From Verrucomicrobiaceae bacterium (lineage in GTDB: Bacteria > Verrucomicrobiota > Verrucomicrobiia > Verrucomicrobiales > Akkermansiaceae): a DNA stretch of 64,000 nt. Shown piece after piece: positions 18,555 through 26,941 of this stretch. Where the stretch lies: NCBI GenBank assembly GCA_051252135.1, contig JBPOGH010000006.1, positions 96,001 to 160,000 of the forward strand. The letters are read 5' to 3'. Position numbers and translations under genes: made by a program. The notes under the pieces were generated by a model. The model had not been told where the DNA came from. It saw only the letters and a list, made by a program, of their open reading frames with translations, and did no database searches. How positions within the stretch are numbered: the stretch's first letter is position 1; every line of letters starts with the position of its first letter.

Positions 18555-18684
18555 CGGTTTCAGGGTAGAAAAGGCGGCCGCGCTTGAGTATTTCGGCGAA
18601 AATTTTGAGAGATTCCCGTGGGTCATCGTAAAGAGGCGGGATGCCTTCTTCGCTCAGGGATTTCTTTGTAATGATCTTTTCCAC
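18496..18684 (-). CDS. Small upstream partner of the nucleotidyltransferase (putative antitoxin-like protein)
   Basis: 62-aa GTG-start ORF overlapping the NTase start and ending ...PRHSRVYRIV, a tail typical of small partners of this NTase type. Confidence 0.55.
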   Translation of the reverse strand: MEKIITKKSLSEEGIPPLYDDPRESLKIFAEILKRGRLFYPETDDSSPRHSRVYRIVPLAES

Positions 18685-19017
18685 TGGCGGAAGGTAGCAG
18701 AAATTAGTTCTGCTGTCGAAGATTCAAAGGGTGATTAAAACACGGATGGGATGGGGCTTGTTTAACTCAGCTGGAGAATCCCAAAGAGGCGGCTGAAGCC
18801 TTGGTGAGTTAGGAAAAGTTGAAGGTGATTTTTCGGACTCCCTGATCTGCCAGTCCGGGAAGAGCAAGGGCTGTGAAAGGATATGGACTTTTGACAATCT
18901 GCTTAGGGAGAAAGAGCAGTTTGAGCAGATGTATTCCTTCGCTGTTGTGTTGCACGGAGAAAGGGAGGGATGTTGCTACGGTTGGAATTCCAGATGTGAT
19001 CTTGTTCAGTCAGGTAT

Positions 19018-19103
19018 GGAAAGGAGTTACGGCGCCCTCGCAGTGGTCTAGCAGGCGGTTGAGGAGCGTGGTTGATAAAACGGCGGGGCGCCGTTGCTCC
19101 TTT
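19018..19103. repeat. REP doublet (REPIN-like) copy 1, at the 3' end of the RAYT gene
   Basis: GGAAAGGAGTTACGGCGCCCTCGCAGT...AAAACGGCGGGGCGCCGTTGCTCCTTT: two inverted REP units; the right unit reads GGAG-C-AACGGCG-CCC-CGCCGTT on the minus strand. Confidence 0.8.
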
Positions 19104-19701
19104 AGCCCGGCCAGAGGAGGAAGTCGTCTGGTGAGAGCTTGGCCTTCACGGGGTTTGCGGGGATGTAGTTTCGCACTTTGTGGTAGTGAGCTTCGCTTCG
19201 CAGAAGTCGGTCCCAATAGTTTTTCTGCCACACTTTACCACTGCGATTGAGATGCTTATTGATCCGATGGGCACTCACGCTTTTGAAGGTTTGCATGAGT
19301 TTTTCGAGGGGGGGGTCTTGAAGCCGGACGAAGAGGTGGACGTGGTTTGGCATGATGACGAAGCTATCGAGGTGATAGAGTTTGTCGTGATCGTGGTGCA
19401 GGGTTTCAGTGACGATATTTGCGATGCCCGGATGACGCAGGAGGCATGAGCCGAGCCCTTGGTCGAGCCAGCGTTCCATTTTACCGGAGAAGGTTTTGTG
19501 GAAGAGAGCTTCGGTTTTTTTGTCCCAAGGTTTGGGGTGGTGCTGGTGCCAGATTTCTTGGCGCTTTTTCCAGCCCTTGAGGAGGGCTTGAGGGATGGAG
19601 TCGAAGAGACGCCAGGTGATGAAGATCCACGAGTCGTCTTGCTGCCAATGGGGAGGTTTTCCGCCGTGTTTTTGGACTTCCTTATCGGGGTCGTAGAGCA
19701 T
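19102..19701 (-). mobile_element. REP-associated tyrosine transposase (RAYT, IS200/Y1 HUH family)
   Basis: PHWQQ...FITWRLFDSIP, FVIMPNHVHL (HUH), FKSVSAHRIN, VWQKNYWDRLLR, NYIPANPVKA. Confidence 0.9.
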
Positions 19702-19704
19702 GGT

Positions 19705-19791
19705 GGAAAGGAGTCAGGGTGCCTCGCCGTGGGCTAGCTGGGGGTTGTGGGGCTTGGTTGATAAAACTGCGAGGCGCCGTTGCTCCTTTCC
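19705..19791. repeat. REP doublet (REPIN-like) copy 2, at the 5' end of the RAYT gene
   Basis: GGAAAGGAGTCAGGGTGCCTCGCCGT...TGGTTGATAAAACTGCGAGGCGCCGTTGCTCCTTTCC: diverged direct repeat of 19018-19103 including the spacer, with terminal arms GGAAAGGAG/CTCCTTTCC. Confidence 0.8.
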
Positions 19792-19853
19792 TTACAACCC
19801 TTAAGAGAAATTGTAATGTCAAACTGGGGTGCTGACCTGATATTGTCTTTGGC

Positions 19854-20687
19854 ATGAACGAAAGTGTAGACTCTAAGAATGAAGTAAGCGCGGATGGCGT
19901 CAGCGAGAATGCTGCTGTTGAAAATGAGGCCCAAGATTCTGGTGCAGAAAATGAATCTCCGATTCAGGTCATTAATCAGATTTCGCCTGTAATCGAAGTC
20001 CATCCTGAGAAGAAGGGCTTGAAAGAGTGTTGTCTGATTTGTTTTGGGCCTGCGCTTGTTGCTGGTTTTTTTGCGTGGTTCATTGGTTCGCAAAACGAGA
20101 AATTTTCTAAGGAACAAGCAGAGAGGCAAGCTGAGTTTTCTGAGGAGCAAGCTGGTAGGCAAGCCAAGTCAGATCAGGCGATGGTGGAGCTTCAGGCTGG
20201 GTTCGAAAGAAGTCATCTGAAAGAAGTGCAAGTCTTTGAGTTATCGAAGCGCTTAAGGCGAGAAGCCTATGAGAAATTAATGCACGCAAGAGAGGTGATC
20301 GGGAGGCCTCAGTTAAAAGAGGAGGAGCTTACCGAAGCTGCCCTGAATTGGCTGCGGCATGAGCGAGCTTTTGCGATAGATTTTTTGAAGAATAATGAAG
20401 CCTTCCTTAAAGATGATCCGGAAGCTCAACAGAAATTTGAAGAAGCTCTTACTGAAGGTAGTCCAGAGGTATTAGCCGTTTTACGGTACTATCAAGGGCG
20501 AAGATACGGAGCTAAATATGGAGATGATGACTACTTTGCCGATAATTATACTTACGACTATGGCGAGTACGCCGATGATGACTACTTTGCTGATAATTAC
20601 ACTTACGACTATAGTGACGATGCAAAGGAGGATCAGGAAACTCTGGATCAAAAAGAACTTCCGCAGAACAAATCTGAAAATGATTAG
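19854..20687 (+). CDS. Hypothetical single-pass membrane protein with internal tandem repeats
   Basis: 277-aa ORF, visibly AT-richer than its neighbours; TM segment ICFGPALVAGFFAWFIG; coiled-coil-like region; Tyr/Asp-rich tail. Confidence 0.65.
   Translation: MNESVDSKNEVSADGVSENAAVENEAQDSGAENESPIQVINQISPVIEVHPEKKGLKECCLICFGPALVAGFFAWFIGSQNEKFSKEQAERQAEFSEEQAGRQAKSDQAMVELQAGFERSHLKEVQVFELSKRLRREAYEKLMHAREVIGRPQLKEEELTEAALNWLRHERAFAIDFLKNNEAFLKDDPEAQQKFEEALTEGSPEVLAVLRYYQGRRYGAKYGDDDYFADNYTYDYGEYADDDYFADNYTYDYSDDAKEDQETLDQKELPQNKSEND
20523..20617 (+). repeat. In-frame tandem repeat with a 51-bp period (2 copies, DDDYFADNYTYDY)
   Basis: GATGATGACTACTTTGC(C/T)GATAATTA(T/C)ACTTACGACTAT at 20523 and 20574. 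Confidence 0.9.
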
Positions 20688-20690
20688 CGT

Positions 20691-23429
20691 CTAACAAGGT
20701 GTAATACGGACCGGGCAGACTTTGAGTTCGGCGGTTTGGGTGACGGGGTCGTAGCCGGATCCGGTGAGGATGTTGACGTTGGTGTCGGCGAAGGAGAAGG
20801 AGGTGAAGACGGTGCCGCGGGGGGAGCGGGTGGTGGCTTCTACCTTGAGTTCGATCTCGCCGCGGCGGGAGGCCATTTTGACGAATTTGCCGTCGGTGAG
20901 GCCCCAGTCTTTTACGTCGTCGGGGTGGACTTCGAGGGTTTCCTCGGAGAGGAGGTAGTCGATGCCGCTGGCGCGGCCGGTTTGGGTCCGGGTGTGGTAG
21001 GCCTGGAGGCGGCGGCCGGTGGTGAGCCAGACGGGGTAGTCGTCATCGATGACTTCGGCGGGGTCGCGGTAGCCGATGATTTTGAAGAGGCCGGGTTTGC
21101 CGTCTTTGAACTCATCCTTGTGAAGGATGGGGGTGCCGGGGTGGCCTTCTTCGGGGACGGGCCATTGGTAGACGCCATCGCCGATGTTATCCCAGTTGAG
21201 GCCTTTGTAGATGGGGCTCAAGCTGCATAGTTCGTTGAAGACGTCTTTGGCGGATTCGTATTTGAAGCCGGGGGTGCCGAGGCGCTTTGAGATTTCGGAG
21301 ATGATCCACCAGTCGGGCTTGGAGTCGCCGTAGGAGGGGACGGCGGCGCGGAGGCGCTGGACGCGGCGCTCGGTGTTGGCCTGGACGCCATCGGTCTCGC
21401 CCCAAGCCGAAGCGGGGAGGACGATGTCGGCCATTTGCGCGGTTTCGGTGAGGAAAATGTCGATGACGACGAGGTGGTCGAGGGCCTTGAGGGCTTTTTC
21501 GCAGTGGTTTTTATCGGGGTCGGTGACGACGGTGTTTTCGCCATCGATGAGCATGGCGTGGATGCCATTTTCCTCTGCTCCGCAGAGGTTGAGGGCGGTG
21601 ACCTTGGTCATCTGGTTTCCGAGGTCCATTTCCGGTTGTTGGTAGAACTCAGAGAACTTTTTGTGGAACTCTTCCGAGGTGACGGGCTGGAAGCCGGGGT
21701 AGTTATTCGGGACGGCTCCGCAGTCGCCCGCGCCCTGGATATTGTTCTGCCCGCGCATCGGGTTGATGCCGGTGCCTTCCTTGCCGAGGTTTCCGGTGAG
21801 GAGGGCGAGGTTGCAGAGGGACTGGACGTTGTCGACGCCGCAGATGTGCTCGGTGATGCCGAGGGTGTAGTAGATGGCTCCGAGCTTGGCCGCGCCATAC
21901 CATTTGGCGGCTTGCTCGATGTCATCGGCCGGGACCTCGCAGATTTCGGAAGCCCAGGCGGGGGTGAATTCCTTGAGGTGTTGTTCGAATTCCGGGAAGT
22001 CGGCGCAGCGGTCGGCGATGAATTCTTTGTCGGTGAGTCCTTCGCGCACGATGACGTGGGCCATGGCGAGGAGGAGGGCGACATCGGATCCGACGCGGAT
22101 GGGGAGGTGGAGGTGGGCGAGCTCGGCGAGGCGGGTTTTACGCGGGTCGGCGACGATGAGTTTGGCGCCTTTGGTGAGTGCTTTTTTGAGGCCGGTGGCG
22201 GCGACAGGGTGGCACTCGGTCATGTTGGTGCCGATGGCGAAGATGGTGTCGGGTTTGTCCATGTCCTTGAGAGGATTGGACATTGCGCCTCTTCCGATTT
22301 GAGCGGCCAGACCGGCCACGGTGGGAGCGTGTCAAGCACGACTACAGTTGTCTATGTGATGGGTCCCGAAGCCGGCCCGGATAAACTTCTGCATGGTGTA
22401 GGCGGCTTCATGCGGGGCGCGGCCTGAGGCGATGCCGTAGATGGAGTGGCGGCCGTATTTCGCGCGGGCGTCGGCGAAGCCTTTGGCGGCGGCGGTGAGG
22501 GCGGTGTTCCAGTCGACCTCTTTAAAGGTGCCATCGGGCTGCTTCATGAGCGGCTTCTGGAGTCGGTCCTCGTGCTGGATGAAATCGTAGGTGAACTGGC
22601 CTTTGATGCAGAGGGCGCCCTTGTTGGCGGGGCCGTCCATGGCGGGTTGTGCGCCGACGATCTTGTCGCCTTTTGTCATCAGGTCGATGGAGCAACCGAC
22701 GGCGCAGTAGGGGCAGACGGTGCGGGTTTTTTTGATGGGTTCGACGAGGTCCTCGGCGCGGAGGGCTTTTTTGTCGGCGAGTGCTCCGGTGGGGCAGGTC
22801 TGGACGCATTGGCCGCAGAAGGTGCAATCGGAGTCACGGAGGTCGTTATTGAACTCGGTCGTGATTTGGGTGTCGAAGCCGCGGTTGGCGACGGTGATGG
22901 CGTAGTCGCCCTCCTGCTCGGCGCAGACACGGACGCAGCGGTAGCAAGAGATGCAGAGTTCGTAGTCGCGCAGGATGAAGGGGTTGGCGTCCTGGAGATT
23001 GGTGGTGCCGGATTTTTTGCCGACGAAGCGGCCGTTGCGGGCGCCGTATTTGTTGACGAGAGTGGAGAGTTCCTGGGAGGCGAGGCCGCGGAGGGGGTCG
23101 ACATCGACCTGGCGGTTCTCGGAGGCGACCATTTCGAGGAGCGTTTTGCGCATCTTCTCGATGTGGGGCGGGGAGGTTTTGACGACCATGCCGTCGTTAG
23201 CCTGTGTGGTGCAGGAGGCGACGGGATTGCGGATACCCTCGACTTCCACGACGCAGAGACGGCAGCCGCCGAAGGCATCGAGGCGGTCATCGTAGCAGAG
23301 GGTGGGGATGTCTTTTTGGAGACGTTTTGAGATTTGGTAGATCGTCTCGCCTTCGTTGAAGGTGGTTTGCTGTCCATCGATGGTGATGGAGAGCTGCGCG
23401 GCGACGGTGGAATTGGGATCGTTGATCAT
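20691..23429 (-). CDS. fdhA: Formate dehydrogenase alpha subunit, selenocysteine-containing (Sec366), NAD-linked FdsA/FdhF-type; joins ORFs 22332-23429 and 20691-22319
   Basis: In-frame IDNCSRA-TGA-HAPTVAGL, matching FdhF NCARV-U-HGPSVAGL. N-terminal 2Fe-2S (TLC..GGCRLC..SC), two 4Fe-4S motifs, CPYCAVGC..LCIKG, PMRGQNNIQG, and a C-terminal molybdopterin-dinucleotide domain. Confidence 0.93.
22303..22334 (-). promoter_or_regulatory. SECIS element of fdhA
   Basis: UGA, then 12 nt (CACGCUCCCACC), then stem GUGGCC / loop GGUCU / GGCCGC. Same GGUCU sequence as at the apex of the E. coli fdhF SECIS. Confidence 0.85.
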
Positions 23430-23453
23430 GGAAAGGGTATGGGAGCGGAGATA

Positions 23454-24143
23454 CTACCTTGTGGCTCGTTCGGCGAAGACTTCGTCGGCTGGTTTATCGG
23501 AGACTTCGATGTTTTTGATTTGGAGGCGCCAGATGTTGCTGGGCCATGAGTAGACGTCCCTTTTTCCTTTTTCGGTGGGGACGACGTGGGTGGAGCGGGA
23601 GAATTCCTCGGAGCCGTGTGCGAGCTCGTAGCAGTCGATGCCCACGGTTTTCTGGATGCCGGTGGTGCGGGTGAGGGTGGCGAAGTCGGCGTTTTGGGTG
23701 AAGGCGAAGGTGATGGTTCGCTCGGGGTTGGCGATTTCCGCGACGACCTCGGGTTTGGTGAGTTTTCCGTCCTCGAGGGCGAACTCGAGGTGGATGGTGT
23801 CGCCGGGGTAGAGATCGAGGGTGCCATCCTTGCTGAGGGGCTTGCCGGCGGGGACGATGATTTTCTTTTCGCCGATCTCGGGAAGGATGATGGTTTCTTC
23901 GCGCTCCTGGCGTTTGTTGTCGGCACCCGGGAGCTTGGTGCTCTTGATGAGCTTGATTGAGGCTTCGTCGAAGGTTGCCCAGGGGACGGTGTATTGCTTG
24001 GTGCCTTTTTCGAAAGTGACGGTGTCCTTATCGTAGTCGGTGACGAGGACGACGATTTCACGGCCCTTGGTGTCCTTGAGGGTCAGAGGTCCGGCGAGGG
24101 CGGAAGCGAGGCAAAGAATTGAGAGAAGGAAGGGAAATTTCAT
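23454..24143 (-). CDS. Secreted hypothetical protein with an N-terminal SHD1-like domain
   Basis: Signal peptide, then TLKDTKGREIVV...TVTF...YTVPWATFDEASIKLI, resembling the SHD1-like modules of PVC proteins. Confidence 0.6.
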   Translation of the reverse strand: MKFPFLLSILCLASALAGPLTLKDTKGREIVVLVTDYDKDTVTFEKGTKQYTVPWATFDEASIKLIKSTKLPGADNKRQEREETIILPEIGEKKIIVPAGKPLSKDGTLDLYPGDTIHLEFALEDGKLTKPEVVAEIANPERTITFAFTQNADFATLTRTTGIQKTVGIDCYELAHGSEEFSRSTHVVPTEKGKRDVYSWPSNIWRLQIKNIEVSDKPADEVFAERATR

Positions 24144-24198
24144 GGCATTGAAGGTTTAGGGAACAATAGCACGATCAAGCGGGGGTTTCAGGGAGAAA

Positions 24199-25881
24199 TT
24201 ACGAGGTAGGTGAGGTGGCGGCGGCGACCTGATCGGGGAAGTATTTCAGGAGGGATTCGGTGACGTGGGGGGCGGCCATGCCGAGGCCGCAGGCGGAGGT
24301 GGCTTTCATGGCGTCGCCGATGTCATTGACTTCATCGGTCCATTCGGTGAGCGAGAGGTCTTTGGCGTCGCCATTCAAGCGCTCGGTGAGGCGTTGGGTG
24401 CCGATGCGGCAGGGGAAGCACTTGCCGCAGGACTCGTGGGCGAAGAAGGCCATGGCGTCGTGGGCGGCCTTGACCATGTCACGGGAGTCATCGAAGACCA
24501 TGATGCCTCCGGCTCCGAGGAAGGAGCCGTGGGAGCGGATGCAGGGGTCATCGAGGGTGAGGTCGTCGAGGATTTGGTGACCGAGGAAGCCGCCGGAGAG
24601 GCCTGCCATGGTGACGGCCTGGATGGAGCGTCCGTCTTTTGGGCCGCCGGCCCAGTCGTAGAGAAGGGTTTTTAAGGGGAGACCGAAGGGGACTTCGTAG
24701 TTGCCGGGGCGTTGGATATCGCCGGAAAGGGAAATGAGTTTGGTGCCGATGTGATCGCCGAGGCCGAGGGAGTGGTACCAGTCGGGGCCGTTATTGATGA
24801 TGTGGGGGACGGCGCAGAGGGTTTCGACGTTGTTGACGGCGGTGGGTTTGTCCTCGAATCCGTGGGTGACGGGGAAGGGGGGCTTGTTGCGGGGGAAGGG
24901 GTGTTTGCCTTCGAGGGAATTGAGGAGGGAACCTTCTTCTCCACAGATGTAGGCACCGGCGCCGCGACGGACGTAGAGGTGGAATTCGAATCCGGAGTCG
25001 AGGATGTTGTTTCCGAGGAGTCCGGCCTCGCGGCATTCGGCGAGGCATTTCTCGAGGAGGGCGTTGGTCTCGGGATATTCGTAGCGGAGGTAGATGAAGC
25101 CACGGGGTGCGCCGGTGGCGAAGGCGGCGATGATCATGCCTTCGATGAGAGCGAAGGGATCGTAGTCCATGAGGGCACGGTCCTTGAAGCAGCCGGGTTC
25201 GCCTTCGTCAGCATTGCAGACGATGGATTTGGGATGGCGGTCGCAGTCGGCTACGGCCTTCCATTTAAGTCCGGTGGGGAATCCTGCTCCACCGCGGCCG
25301 GCGAGTTTGGAGGCGGAGATGGTGTCGATGACGGTGTCGGGTTCGCCTTTTAAAACGGAAGCAAGGGCGGTGAATCCGCGGTTGGCGCGGTAGCCGGTGA
25401 GGGTGTTGTGTCCTTCCTTGCGGATGTTGGAGAAGAGGCATTCCTCGATGTCACCGGGATTGGGGACGGGGAGGGGAGAGGGGGTGGGTTTGAGATCGGC
25501 GGCGGTTTCGCCGGAGAGAGTGGTGTGTCCGGTGAGGACGGGGATGGGGGCGTCACAGCGGCCGGAGCAGGGCATTTCGGTGGCGGCTTGGCCTTGGGAT
25601 TTGAGGGTTTCGAGGATTTCATTTCCGCCGCGGAGGCAGCAAATATTTCCGGTGCAGACGCGCGGGGCCTCGAGGCCGCCGGGGACGCGGGAGAAGTGGT
25701 GGTAAAAGGTGACGGTGCCGTAGAGGTCGGCGAGGGGAGTTTTTAGTCCGCTGGCAACGGCGCGGAGGGCATCATCGGAGAGGTAGCCATCGCGATCGTG
25801 AAACGCGTGGAGGAGGGGGAGCAGGGGAGCAGGCTCGTTTTTCCAGTGATTGATGAGGTCCTGATTGGTGGTGCCCGGCAT
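24199..25881 (-). CDS. Fused NuoE-NuoF-like (FdsG-FdsB-like) diaphorase subunit of the NAD-dependent FDH
   Basis: CTGNIC..CSGRC 2Fe-2S; GRGGAGFPTG, NADEGEPG, GAGAYICGEE, ESCGKCFPCRIG..CGLG. Start uncertain (25881 or 25911). Confidence 0.9.
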   Translation of the reverse strand: MPGTTNQDLINHWKNEPAPLLPLLHAFHDRDGYLSDDALRAVASGLKTPLADLYGTVTFYHHFSRVPGGLEAPRVCTGNICCLRGGNEILETLKSQGQAATEMPCSGRCDAPIPVLTGHTTLSGETAADLKPTPSPLPVPNPGDIEECLFSNIRKEGHNTLTGYRANRGFTALASVLKGEPDTVIDTISASKLAGRGGAGFPTGLKWKAVADCDRHPKSIVCNADEGEPGCFKDRALMDYDPFALIEGMIIAAFATGAPRGFIYLRYEYPETNALLEKCLAECREAGLLGNNILDSGFEFHLYVRRGAGAYICGEEGSLLNSLEGKHPFPRNKPPFPVTHGFEDKPTAVNNVETLCAVPHIINNGPDWYHSLGLGDHIGTKLISLSGDIQRPGNYEVPFGLPLKTLLYDWAGGPKDGRSIQAVTMAGLSGGFLGHQILDDLTLDDPCIRSHGSFLGAGGIMVFDDSRDMVKAAHDAMAFFAHESCGKCFPCRIGTQRLTERLNGDAKDLSLTEWTDEVNDIGDAMKATSACGLGMAAPHVTESLLKYFPDQVAAATSPTS

Positions 25882-25929
25882 TCTGAAAGTGTGGCAAATC
25901 TGGACGCTCAAGCAAGCGATGAAGTTGAT

Positions 25930-26727
25930 TTAGGGGGACTCTTTTAGGCGAGCACCGCCGTGGTAGATGTTAAAGATGGGAGGGCGGAGGAAGCCGACCA
26001 GGGTTTGCCCGGAGTCTTGGGCGAACTCGACAGCGAGAGAGGAGGGGGCGGAAATGCCGGCAATGAGGGGGATGCCGGCGGCGAGGGATTTTTGCATGAG
26101 CTCGAAGGAGATGCGTCCGGAGAGGAGGAGGAAGGTTTGGATGAAGTCCACGCCGTCGCGCAGGCCTTGGCCGATGACTTTATCGAGAGCGTTGTGGCGG
26201 CCGATATCCTCGTGGAGGATCAGGAGGGTTCCGTCGGGCGCGAAGAGACCCGAGGCGTGGAGGCCGCCGGTGGAGTCGAAGGTGTTTTGAGCCTTTCGCA
26301 TGGTTGCCGGAGCGGTGAGAAGGGTGTCGGGGGCGATGGAGAGGCCTGACTCGAGCGGGGGATGGTTTTGGAGGATGGCATCGATGGAGGCTTTTCCGCA
26401 GAGGCCGCAGGAGGAGGCGGAGAAGAGGTGGCGGGTGAGGCGATCCCAATCCATGGGGTGATCGTCGATGAGGAAGACGAGGGCGTGGTTGTCACGGGCT
26501 TCGAGATCGATGTCCGAAATGTCCGATATTTTGGAAATGATTCCTTCGGTGAGGAGGAAGCCGATGACGAGGAATTCATCGTCGCCCGGGGTGCGCATAA
26601 GGACAGCGAGGGGGCGGCCATCGACGACGAGCTGGAGCGGTTCTTCGACGGCAATTTGGTCGGGGGCGGGGGTGGGTCCGGCGGGGCTGAATTTGGTCAC
26701 CTCGAAGTTTCGTGAGTGTTTGGTCAT
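25930..26727 (-). CDS. fdhD: Formate dehydrogenase accessory sulfurtransferase
   Basis: AVEEPL, MRTPG, SSCGLCGK, TGGLHA, EDIGRHNALDKVIG, SGRISFELMQK. Confidence 0.95.
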   Translation of the reverse strand: MTKHSRNFEVTKFSPAGPTPAPDQIAVEEPLQLVVDGRPLAVLMRTPGDDEFLVIGFLLTEGIISKISDISDIDLEARDNHALVFLIDDHPMDWDRLTRHLFSASSCGLCGKASIDAILQNHPPLESGLSIAPDTLLTAPATMRKAQNTFDSTGGLHASGLFAPDGTLLILHEDIGRHNALDKVIGQGLRDGVDFIQTFLLLSGRISFELMQKSLAAGIPLIAGISAPSSLAVEFAQDSGQTLVGFLRPPIFNIYHGGARLKESP

Positions 26728-26839
26728 GAAGAATCAAAATTGGTCGGCTGGCATCAAGGCTAGGGGCGTGGGTGGGCGAAGGAAAATAGTTTCTCGGGTT
26801 CGGCTGTCGAAGGGGTGAGAAACCCGTGGAACACGTGAG

Positions 26840-26867
26840 TTGACAGTAAGGGTTTGATTGGTAAGGT
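26840..26867 (+). promoter_or_regulatory. Putative sigma70 promoter of ppdK
   Basis: TTGACA, 16 bp spacer, TAAGGT with an upstream TG (extended -10), about 75 bp before the ATG. Confidence 0.5.
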
Positions 26868-26941
26868 GCGCGCCTTTCCGTAGGGGCCTTTCACAATCCC
26901 GACGGTTCAACTTGATCAAAACTCACTAAGAGAATACGACC

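Noticed and set aside
20523..20617. Possible CRISPR repeat
   Set aside because: Only two in-frame copies with a gap too short for a spacer, synonymous differences, and no cas genes.
20691..23429. fdhA as a pseudogene or as two separate genes
   Set aside because: The only interruption is an in-frame TGA at the catalytic Cys/Sec position, followed by a SECIS-like hairpin.
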